Assembly: GCA_964016885.1 (NCBI GenBank)
Contig: OZ024740.1
Coordinates: 84,382,001 to 84,446,000, forward strand
Reading direction: 5' to 3'
Length of the DNA stretch: 64,000 nt
Source: Eledone cirrhosa
Lineage: Eukaryota
The translations under genes and the position numbers were made by a program. Positions 11,429 through 22,579 of this stretch are shown here, piece after piece (position 1 is the stretch's first letter; every line of letters starts with the position of its first letter). Below the pieces are notes generated by a model. That model did no database searches, was not told where the DNA came from, and was given only the letters and a program-made list of their open reading frames with translations.

Positions 11429-12290
11429 GTTATAAATTGGGTGTTGTGTTCTAGTCTATTATTGTTTGGTGGTTGTGTTTTGTCTATAATCAGTGCTTCC
11501 TTAATTCTAAGATTGTCGAGGTTTCTTTCCTTAGTTTCTATCCTAACTGTTATGTTTTTGTCGGTGTTTTTGCATTTCACTAGGTGTTTCTTAAATGAGG
11601 AAGCGTTAGTATTGAGGTGTTATTTTATTCTTATGTGAAGTGGTCTGCTGGTGCTACCTATGTAGAAATTGCTGCATTTGTCACGCTCTAATCTGTATAC
11701 GACGTAAGCCTGATGGCATAGGTCTGTATCGTTGATGGGGCAGTTGGCTAGCCTGCAGCGGCTGTCATGTCTGGTCGAGTGTCTTTTGGTTAGCTGTCCG
11801 CGTAGAGAAGATCCTGAGTGGGCCAGTTGGATATCTAGTCCCTCTCGTCTGATAGCTCTGCGGATGGCTGTTGTTGTTTCGTCACTGAAGTGTGGGAGCC
11901 TCAGGAAGCAGGTGTTAGTGCCTCGGGTGTGGTGTCCTCTGTTCTTTCTGGCACAGTTCGTGGTGTACGTCAGGTATCCGTTCAGTTTGAGTACTTCCAG
12001 GAAATGTGTGGTGTGTGTGTCTCGGTTTCTAGCGTCGGTTCATTTGTTCCGGATACGTGTAGTTCGTTCCATATGTATCCGAACTTAGCGCCGGCTGGGA
12101 GGGCCGATCTCAAATGTACGAACAGGTCCCTGCTGGCGGCTTTTTTATAGAAGCAGGTGTGGATGTTGCCATCCTCTGTTACTCTGAGTTGGAAGTCCAG
12201 TAGGGATAGGGATCCGCGGTCATCGGGGTGTTCCATGCTGAACTTTATACTGGCGTCCATGCTGGAAAAATGTCGTGTATATTTTATCCG
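11429..12290 (-). pseudogene. 5'-truncated non-Naiad PLE (RT C-terminus + GIY-YIG), frameshifted; 3' region extends to about 10800
   Basis: IKFSMEHP..LSLLDF..FYKK..DLFVH..SALP, then CRLANCPIN..LCHQAYVVYRL..KCSNFYIGSTSRPLHIRI..LRIKEALII; a degenerate CCGAAGA..GAAA motif lies at about 10965-11000 (-). Confidence 0.85.
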
Positions 12291-12395
12291 TGTATATGTT
12301 TATATACACTGTCTTAACATGAAAATAAAAGATTAATGATATATTTACAACACTTTTAGAAATCAAATTTCAAGGATTTGCTTCCGAATTATGAC

Positions 12396-12465
<70 letters not shown>

Positions 12466-12696
12466 GAAGTTGTACAGTGAAGTGATAACTTTATAGATCT
12501 GCGTGAACTATAAATTAGCACACGAGATCATAAGGCGGTGAAATTATAAAGTTGACAACTCGAGAAACCTTTTTTTAGTAAATATGAAGATTCTCATAAC
12601 GAAATTCAAACAGGAATATAGTCATGCTTCCAATAACACGTGTACAAAAGAAGTACTGTTCCTCATATTTACGAATGCATGCATACATGCATACAT

Positions 12697-13045
12697 GATG
12701 GCTGCCCCCACGTTATCGAGTATGGCCATTGCACGATATACCATTATTAATAATGATTAATTAATTCTATCGTGCAATGCCTGTGTGTGAAGATATTTTT
12801 TAAAGTGAGGAAAGACTGTGCACTGAGCCAATCCCACTATCTGAGCGACAGTAGCTATAACCCGAAAAGAAGAAAAGATCAACATTATCGGTAACTACTG
12901 AGCCGCAGGTTTTATGTCGGAGTTATCCCAGTTTCCTGAGTTGCCTTCTACTGGAACAATGCCCTGACAAAGGCTAGTGGTCCTTCACTCCCAGTGGTTT
13001 AACCACCCGATCGGGTATCCAACCCGACTATTTCTATGTCCCCGC
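12697..13045 (-). mobile_element. Short RTE-related non-autonomous element (SINE-like), diverged subfamily
   Basis: Collinear similarity to 13388-13915 (gcaatgcctgtg, aagaa..aa.tcaacat.at.gg, gacaaaggcta); ends in ggcagccatc + ATGT-like tail. Confidence 0.55.
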
Positions 13046-13154
13046 GCATATACATACACATGCACACATGCATATATATACATATACATATGTACATGTG
13101 TATATACATGTGTATATACATATTTACACATTTTCGGATGTTGATTATTATGAG

Positions 13155-13305
13155 TTCTTCCGCCTTTTGTCAGGTTTTGTTTTCGTCCTGCAAGGTGTCC
13201 AAAATCACCCTCCTCACCAAGTAACCTTGGTCGGATTGCCGGTTTAGTCGCCTACTACCAGACCATGTGACAGGTTGTACTGGGTTATATGCTACCAGTA
13301 ACACT
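13155..13305 (-). mobile_element. 5' fragment of the RTE-derived non-autonomous element
   Basis: Matches 14850-14990 (gtccaaa.tcaccctcctcaccaag..acaggttgtactggg..taccagta). Confidence 0.75.
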
Positions 13306-13387
13306 CAAGAGTGACCATACATACACACATACATACATACATACATACATACATACATACATACATACATACATACACACATACATA

Positions 13388-13915
13388 CATGGTGGCTGCC
13401 AACTCGTTTTCGAGCACGGCCACTGCTTTATATCCATGTAAGAGAACCCCTACCAATGCGTTGAACGAGTGTGACTTTTTAGTCCAGCCAGCGACTTGAA
13501 AACTCTGGTACAAACGCTACACTTGTGACAATTATTGACACATAGTGCTAGGTACCATGTGACGACAAGTGCAGAGAGATCTCCAGATATAAAGCAATGC
13601 CTGTGCCGTGAAGCTTTTATAGTGAGCAAAGGCACTGCATAAAGCCAGTCCCACTCTCTTAACCAAGATGATATTTACCAAAAAGAAGAACAAGTCAACA
13701 TCATTGGATACCATCAGGGTTGCAGGTGTTATATCAGAGTTTTCCTTCTCCTAGAATTCTGCCTTGACAAAGGTAAGAGGTCATCTCTCCCTGTAAATTT
13801 TGGATGGCCATTGACTCTTAAGAGCTCCTTTTCCCTTTGACAGGTTTTGTTTTTAGTCCTGCAGGATGTCCAAAGTCACCCTCCTCACCAAGAAAACTTG
13901 GTCGAGTCGTTGGCG
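13388..13915 (-). mobile_element. RTE-derived bipartite non-autonomous element (5'UTR-like part + 3' end)
   Basis: Contains ctaggagaaggaaaactctgat (RTE 5'UTR-like) and a KCSVCTRVFKSLAGLKSHTRS C2H2 remnant, ends cgaaaacgagttggcagccacc + (ATGT)n; near-identical to 14396-14915. Confidence 0.75.
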
Positions 13916-14395
13916 AGTAAACATACATATACATATATACATATACATACATATGCACACACATATATACACATATATACACATATACATCCATATGCAT
14001 ATCCATATACACACATATACATACATACATATGCACACACACATATATACACATATACACCTACATATGCACACATACATACATATATACACACATAAAT
14101 AAGCATATATATATATATACACATACATACAGATATACACATACATACATATACACATACACATATATACATACATATATACACACATGTATATACATAT
14201 ATATATACATATACATATATACATACACACACATGCACATATACATACATACACACATACATACACATACACATACATATGCACACATACATACATATAT
14301 ATACATACACATACACACACATATACATAAATATGTATACACATACACACATATATACATACATACACACATAAACATGTATATACATATACACA

Positions 14396-15008
14396 TATGG
14401 TAGCTGCCAACTCGTTTTCGAGTACGGCCACTACTTTATATCCATGTAGGAGAACCTCTACCAATGCGCTGAACGAGTGTGACTTATTAGTCCAGCCAGC
14501 GACTTGAAAATTCTGGTACAAACACTACACTTGTGACAATTATTGACACATAGTGCTGAGCCCATGGTACCATGTGACGACAAGTGCAGAGAGATCTCCA
14601 GATATAAAGCAATGCCTGTGCTGTGAAGCTTTTATAGTGGGCAAAGGCACTGCACAAAGCCAGTCCCACTCTCTTAACCATGATGATATTTACCAAAAAG
14701 AAGAACAAGTCAACATCATTGGATACCATCAGGGTTGCAGGTGTTATATCAGAATTTTCCTTCTCCTAGAATTCTGCCTTGACAAAGGCTAAGGGGTCAT
14801 CTCTCCCGGTGATTTTGGATGGCCATTGACTCTTAAGAGCTCCTTTGCCCTTTGACAGGTTTTGTTTTTAGTCCTGCAGGATGTCCAAAGTCACCCTCCT
14901 CACCAAGAAACCTTGGTGGGGTTGCCAGTTTAGTCGCCAACGACCCGACCATGAGACAGGTTGTACTGGGATACATGTTACCAGTAGCACCAACTGGTGA
15001 CCTGACAT
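14396..15008 (-). mobile_element. RTE-derived bipartite non-autonomous element, longest copy (about 610 bp)
   Basis: Same sequence as the preceding copy plus the 5' part; flanked by ATGT/CA-type microsatellite. Confidence 0.75.
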
Positions 15009-15888
15009 AAATACATACATACATACATACATACATACATACATACATACATACATACATACATACATACATGTGTGTATGAGTGCGTGTTCGTATATAC
15101 CTATAAATCTTTTCCTAACTTTCTTTTCCTAACTTTCACGTAACAGCTTTCATTTACCTATTTGTTCTCACCTTCTCTCCCTATCTGAACTTTCCTGACG
15201 ATTGACTTCCATCCGAACCATACAGCCCTCCTCCACTTCCTCTCAGTGTGAACCTATTAAGACTTTGTATTTTTGTAACCTTGTGTTTGTTTTGTTTTAT
15301 GTTTCAACTATATATATATATATATATATTCTCTGGCAATGAACGGAAAAACGAAGATAATACGTCATTATGTGGGGCGATGAGAACAATTACACGCAAA
15401 GACAAAACCACGTAAATGGTATAACTGAAGTCGTAGACTAAAGTGTGTATGTATATATTTAATTTCAATTACCTCTGTATTATATTTACTTTATTCTTAA
15501 CTCTGAAGCCTAGAATCATTCGGTTTCCTAAATAGAATTTTAGTCTACGACTTCAATTATTCCATTTACGTGGTTTTGTCTTTGCGTGTAATTGTTCTCA
15601 TTGCGCCACATAATGACGTATTATCTACGTTGTTTCCGTTCATTGCCAGAGAACGTCTCCATGAACCACCTAATAGAATATTTGTCTACGTCTTCATTTA
15701 TGCCATAAACGTGGTTTTGTCTTCGCGGGTAATTGTTTTCACTGCACCAAATAATGACGTATTATCTTCGTTTTTATTCCGTTCTTTGCCAGGGAACGTT
15801 TCCACGAACCAAAATATCATCTTTCTGTCTTCCTTCGGTTCCAACGTTTTTTTATATATTTACTTCTGCGTACACAGATTGACTTTTT

Positions 15889-15939
15889 AGTTTCAGAAGA
15901 TCCCATTAAGGGTGAAAGCAGCGATTCTTTGCTTAAACT
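15889..15939 (+). ncRNA. Hammerhead-like motif with CAGAAGA core (5' pLTR copy)
   Basis: agttt-CAGAAGA-t-ccc-attaa-ggg-t-GAAA-gca-gcgattctt-tgc-t-T^aaact; stems I (5 bp), II (3 bp) and III (4 bp) all pair. Confidence 0.6.
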
Positions 15940-16094
15940 TTAATCTGTTATTTTAATAAATATTTGCTCTACGATTCTTATATATCTGATATATATTTAT
16001 CCTTATCGAGCCCTCTTTGGATTTTAGTCTTCAAATTTTTTATTATTACTATTTGGCTCCCCTCGGTTGAGTACTCTTTTGACTTATATTCATC

Positions 16095-18068
16095 ATGCAG
16101 AAACAACATCTGAATATTTCTACAAAGAACATACCCGTACCAGGCAGGAAAACATACCTAAAACTCCTGATACAGAAAACAGACGCGTTCATTAAAAGGT
16201 TGCGTTGGCGTGCCTTTTATTTCGATAATCAGAGAAAATCAGACAACAACAGGATAAATTTGGGTTTCAAACCTATAATAACCCTCCGAGTAACCCAGCC
16301 TTGTTACCATTCGAATATGATGTCTTGGAACTCATACGGAGTATCAAATTTCGGAATAGGAGCAATTCCTTCCAACAGGACCTGAAGAATAGAATTCGTT
16401 CTATTAAGGATTCTAATGCCGTGCACGTCCATTCCGACAAAACTGGCAATCTATATCAAGTGGAGCGCAGTACTTACCATCAACTGCTACATAATGCTGT
16501 AACTAAGGATTACCGTAAAACTAATCGGAGCGTCATTAATGAAATCACCGAGGGTTTAATATCACCTCTGATCTCAACATCCTGGACCGGGCCGAACCAC
16601 TGGACCCTATTTCTCCCCACTTTACCCTGAAGGATCACAAATCCAATTTCTCCAACAACCCCTCTATTTGGCTTATTAACCCTACGAAGTCCGATTTAGG
16701 TAGACTTAGTAAAAGGATTTTAGATAGGATTATACCTGAAATTAGAAGTTTGGCCCCTCTTTCACTGTGGAACAATTCTTTCGCGAAGATTGATTGGTTC
16801 AACGGCATATGTAACAAGGAACATTGCCGTTTTATCCAATTCGACATCAATACTTACTACTCCTCCATCACTTTACCACTTCTCCTTGGAGCTATCAATT
16901 TCGCTAAAACACTCGCCGTGGTTAAGGATTTCGAAGTTTATATCATCCTCAATAACCGTAAGTCGGTGATTAATTTCGACGACTCTATTTGGATTAAAAA
17001 ATCTAATAGTACCCCATTCGTCGTGAGTTTGGGCGGAAGCAAATCTGCGGAGGTTACTGATCTTATCGGCCTTTCCCTTCTTTTTTCTGTCAAGGAAGAA
17101 TTCCCCAACGTGGGCGGTGGTTTGTACCGTGATGACGGTCTTTTGACCATGACAAAGTGCGGCCACGTGCTTGCGACAGGTTCAGAAAAGAATGCACAGC
17201 CTAATTTAAAGGCTTCAACCTCTCCATACAGGCTAAGACCAACCTCTCCATACAGGTTGAGGCCAACCTCTCGGTCGTTAATTACCTCAACGTTATCCTC
17301 GATTTGTCGAATGGCTTGCACTACCCGTATAGAAAGCCGAATGGTACACTTAATTATATAAGTAAGCATTCTAACCATCCTGCCAGCATAACCAAGAACC
17401 TGGTAAGAAACGTTTCTTTGAGGCTTTCCCGTCTATCTACAAACGAGCATATTTTCAACGACCATTCCACATATTACAATGAAGCTCTTGCAGAGAGTGG
17501 ATTTGTCGATAAGGTAGCTTATACAGAGTACGAGAACAGACCTAGGAAAAATAGATCCCGACGCATTATATGGTATAACCCACCATATCATATGGAGGTG
17601 GCCACACCTTTAGCTAAGATCTTTCTCTCCCTTATTATGAAGCATTTCCCTCCAGCACATAAATATAGTAAAATTGTTAATAGAAATACCATTAAAATGT
17701 CTTACTCTACGACTCCTAACCTTGCACATAACATCACAGCTTCAAATTTAGCTAAATTACCTAGCCGTAGGAACACGTGCAACCCTGTAGCTAGTACTAA
17801 CTGTAATTGTAGGAATTGGGTTGACTGCCCCCTATCCGGGAAATGCCTCTCTAGTAACATTGTCTACAAATGTAAGGTTGAAACACCCACGTCCCGTAGG
17901 GCCTACATAGGGTTAACCGCCAATAGATTTAAGCAGCGTTTTTACATGCATACCTATTATTTTCTTAACCCTTTAAGAAGGAATATGACGTCACTTTCAG
18001 CTTATATCTGGAGTCAACCACACCCAATATAAATTACACTGGGAGATCCTAGCTAAAGCTAGATCGTA
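16095..18068 (+). pseudogene. PLE RT-GIY-YIG ORF, frameshifted, with the C-terminal CxxC region deleted
   Basis: KNIPVP..FIKRLRWRA, SDKTGNLY, QFDINTYYSSI, LGGSKSAEVTDLIG, GLYRDDGL, SNHP, IIWYNPPY, CNCR..CPLSGKC..IVYKCKV..YIGLT..FKQR. Confidence 0.92.
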
Positions 18069-18212
18069 CCAAATAATGACGTATTATCTTCGTTTTTTTT
18101 TTCGTTCTTTCCCAGGGAACGTTTCCACGAACCAAAGTATCATCTTCCTGTCTTCCTTCGGTTGCAACGTTTTTTGAAATATTTACTTCTGCGTTCACAG
18201 ATTGACTTTTTT

Positions 18213-18263
18213 AGTTTCAGAAGATCCCGTTAAGGGTGAAAGCAGCGATTCTTTGCTTAAACT
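18213..18263 (+). ncRNA. Hammerhead-like motif with CAGAAGA core (3' pLTR copy)
   Basis: Identical to 15889-15939 except one loop II base. Confidence 0.6.
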
Positions 18264-18559
18264 TTAATCTGTTATTTTAATAAATATATATATATATATA
18301 TATATATTGTTATATTTAGGGAGTGTCATATTCTCATAATATTGCCAGAAATATGTAATAAAACGCACTTACTTATATTTGATATCCCTATAGTTAATTC
18401 AGCTGGCAATCAATGTTTATCATTGATTGACCAACAGTTAATATTATAGATATAAATATATATATATAATCGATCAAAGTCCTTTCATCACACATCTATG
18501 ACATCATCCCTGGTACTATTATGTTTCCTCCCGTTGTATTGTAATGTCTATTCTATTTT

Positions 18560-18598
<39 letters not shown>

Positions 18599-19261
18599 TT
18601 CTTGTCTCTGTTTGCGGGGTTTTTTTCTGTTTGATGTGTGTTCGTGTCTGAGTCTGTGTGTGTTTGGATTCTATCTTTGTGCACTTGTGTGTGTTTATGT
18701 GTGGTTGTTGTTATTGTACCTGTGTATATTTATTTATATTTATCTTAGATCACTACTGTGTGTTTGTGTATAGTTGTTGTTGTTGTTATTCCATTCATTT
18801 TTTTTTGTTCAACTTCGGTTATCTTAGTTCTATTTCAGCTGCTTCTCTTATATGTCTACATGTGCCATTTCTATGTTTAGATATGATCTTAATTTCTATG
18901 TTGTCTATATTACCATCATGTCTTCGTCTTACGTGTTCATATAGTACAGAACCGTCTTTTGATCCTTTTAGTTCACCCCAGTGTTAGTCTATTCTCTCTC
19001 CTATGCTTCGAGCTGTCTCTCCTATGTATGTCGTTGTCATGTTTCTGCAAGTACCCTCTGTACATCTTATGCTATAGACTACATTTCTATTTTTACAATT
19101 TATTTGTCTATTTATTCTACATATAACACATTTCATATTAGTACAGTGAGTTTACTTAAAGGGGTAAGTTTTTCTGATCAGGGATTTTATGGTAGTTCCT
19201 GGCTTTTCTACTACTTTAATCTTTAAATGACTCTTTCTTAAGGCCTTTCTAAATTGGTTAG

Positions 19262-19560
19262 TTAATTCACTTCAGGGAGTCGTCTGAGTCTCCTTTCCCA
19301 CCAAGCCATAAATAGGTTGGCAATATCGCCAGCTATGCTGACGCCAATAGCCGCTCCTTCACCTTGGGTATCAATTTTTTTATTAAATTTAAACATGTGG
19401 CTCTTTAAGATAGTTTTAATACTACCCCCTACCGCATGTGCGATCATTTTTCTCACCTGATCGTTGTTTTCCGGTGTCCGTATGGCTTTGGTCCAGCCAT
19501 TCCATTTTCCTATAGGAGTCTTTTTAGCCATTGGGGCGGTCTACCTTTTATTGGTCTACT
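19262..19560 (-). pseudogene. Fragment of a PLE-type reverse transcriptase (motif B region), from a different lineage than the Naiad copies
   Basis: ILKSHMFKFNKKIDTQGEGAAIGVSIAGDIANLFMAWWE resembles N.F.F....Y.Q..G.AMG......IA.L.M..WE. Confidence 0.7.
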
Positions 19561-19989
19561 GGGCAGAAACTGCTAAATTTAATCAGAAAATTTGTACGTG
19601 CCTATTTATGCAGGTATATACAGACATTGTGCGTGCGTGTGTTTATGTAATTATACGTATATTTATGTCACTATTCTCATTTGTGTATTTGTGAAATTTT
19701 AAAAATGAAAATAATATATACACATACATCATTGGTGCTCTTTAGGGAGTTAACCGGTCATTCAAATAATGACTTAACATAGTTCAGAATATTTTTCAAA
19801 TCATTCCGGTGTTTAGTACAATAATATATATATCAATAAATTTAATGATTTAATGTATTTCAGTCTTGATAGTATGTTTTGTTTTATCATTGTCATTACA
19901 GTGTGCTCTTTGGTATATACATGCCCAGACGTGGAGGGCGTAGTGAATATCCGCTAGAAGATCAAGTTCCAAGTTGTTGCGTAAAATAA

Positions 19990-20272
19990 TAATTGTTTCT
20001 ACTTTAGGCACATGGCCAGCAATTATCCAGTGCATTACTGGTACTTTATTTTATCGACCCCGTAAGGATGAAAGGCAAAGTCAACCTCGGCGGGATTTAA
20101 TAATAATTATAATTGTTTCTACTTTAAGCACAAGGTCAGTAATTTAAAGGAGAGCGATAAGTCTATTAAATCGGCCCTAGTGCTTGACTGGTCCTTTATT
20201 TTATCGATCCCGTAAGGATGAAATGTAAAGCTAACCACGGCAGGATTTAAACTCAGAACGTAAAGGACCGTA
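19990..20272 (-). mobile_element. Two adjacent partial octopod SINE copies (19990-20099; 20110-20272)
   Basis: Each starts aattgtttctacttta.gcaca and contains ttttatcga.cccgtaaggatgaaa. Confidence 0.85.
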
Positions 20273-20937
20273 ATAATAATAAATATCATTATATTAGATT
20301 TTATCCATACATTTCTTTTTACCATGACAAGTTTACAACTTTTTAGTTGCAGCTATGATGAAACAAATACTAAAATCAGGGGGTGAATTCTACATCAGCA
20401 TCACTGTCGAAACTGTTTCACATCAATCACATTTTATCCTCCGTTCATGAGGATTAACACTAATGTAAAAAAAAGAGAGAGAAATATAATGTTTCATTTT
20501 GTGGAATGCTTTATCCTACTTGTATCTTGAATAAGGTTTCTAATTCCAAATTAGCTGCAGTTTTGCATTTAACATGCTCCAAGCAATGCCCATTTCAAAA
20601 TACACAGATGGGAAGCATGCACGTGCCAGGTTTTATCTATTTACTAATCTAAATATGTTTAACTTTTTAAAATACCAAATACACAGAAGATAGCCTTTTA
20701 GGCGTTACATACATTACTACGGCGAATAATTCCATAATTTTAGCGTAACGTCCATATGTTATGACCAGAGACTCATTATCTGTTCCTTTTGAAAACGTAT
20801 ATTTCTTTGTTCCATTTCGTACGAGCTGTTTCTGCTGTAACTACAATCTTATCCCCAAGGTTTACTTTCTCTCGTCATTATACTCTTATCATTCATAATA
20901 TATCATTATTAACTAGCTAAACTCTGATATATATTTG

Positions 20938-21120
20938 TTGGCAGTATCGGTAGAGGGTCGGACGCCATGTTTTGCAGCATAGAGTTACATCCCTTTATAG
21001 TCTGAGTTCAAATCCCGCCGAGGTTCACTTTGCCTTTCATCCTTACGGGGGCGATAAAATAAAGTACCAGTAATGTACTGGGATAATTGCTGGCCTTGTG
21101 CCAAAAGTAGAAACAATTAT
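20938..21120 (+). mobile_element. Octopod SINE
   Basis: tggcagtatcggtagagggtcggacgccatg...gagttcaaatcccgccgagg...gtagaaacaatt. Confidence 0.9.
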
Positions 21121-21807
21121 TGTATCGTTTGAATAATTAGACCATTAACAACTATTATCATAATTTATACCATTAAAACAATGATGTGTCTGATCGAGAC
21201 AATTTAATTGATCCTTATATACACGGGTCTATAGTTTTTCGTTTTTTATTTCCTTGCTTATTGGTATTAACTGCTCTATCAGAAACACCAATTAAATGTC
21301 CCACACTAGAAAATTTAGCAAATAACTTCATGACTAAACACTCTTATTAAATGTTTCAGCCTGTGCATTAATAAATGTCATTGGTCTGATTGGAAGCTTA
21401 GTTCCTTCTACAAAGTTCAGTTGAGCAGAGGACTGTTAAATGAACTAAAGAACATGTGTTAGATAATATATGATTAAAACAACATTATATATTAGTTTTA
21501 AATAATCGAATCCCAACACCACCACCATAAGTTGCAGTTCTCAGTATATCATGTGTATGCGTTTGGTCATATCAGTAACATAATGTAAGAATATTGCCTT
21601 ATCCTTCTTATGTCTCATAGTTTAAGTGTTTTTGCCTTCCATCAATACTCAAGTAAATGACATTCGTTTGCCTCTGCCTCATAACGGTACTATTTCCTTC
21701 GTCCATCAGCAGACAAATAAATGACTTTCTCCTTCCATTGATTCACCTTTTTACTTTCAAACTTGCTTCAACATCCTTTTCTTTCTTTCTTTCTTTCTTT
21801 CTTTCTG

Positions 21808-21874
<67 letters not shown>

Positions 21875-22006
21875 GATGTGACACCATTTCTATTACTCCT
21901 CCATGAAAACATTCCCTCACGCTTTTTTTTATACTTTTTCCATCCGCGTCGTAGCTAGACACCTGGAAATTTCACAGTTGTTTGGAACTAAGATACAATA
22001 ATTATT

Positions 22007-22071
<65 letters not shown>

Positions 22072-22089
22072 ACATATATATGTATATAC

Positions 22090-22187
<98 letters not shown>

Positions 22188-22480
22188 GTATTTCATCCTA
22201 GTATAATTTGAATTATTAGACCATTAAATATCATTATCATAATTCAAACTATTAATCTAATAATTCCATCTATGCAAAGGTGTTAGTGACGCATTTTCTT
22301 CTTTGTTTCTCATGCTTATTGGTATTAACCACCCATACAAAACTCTCAATTAAGTCCTTGGCTCTAGAAAATGTAACTTATAATTGTTCAATTTAACTTA
22401 TACCTGGTTGCGGCACGTAGTAAATCTCTAAGTTACTAAATATTTCACTCCGTGCTTTATTAATCTATATTATAAAACAA

Positions 22481-22579
<99 letters not shown>

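Larger units (their letters stand above)
15330..18287 (+). mobile_element. Near-full-length Naiad-type Penelope-like element with direct pLTRs and a 5' inverted pLTR fragment
   Basis: 15746-15963 is repeated at 18068-18287; 15330-15442 is the reverse complement of 15539-15652; (TA)n on both flanks. Confidence 0.9.

Noticed and set aside
14850-15008. HDV-like or twister ribozyme at the 5' end of the RTE-derived element
   Set aside because: Hairpins are present, but I could not fit P1/P1.1 or the twister pseudoknots.
15190-15230. CTGACGA...GAAC hammerhead-like remnant (also CTGATAA at 1001)
   Set aside because: GAAA and the stems are missing; too degenerate to support.
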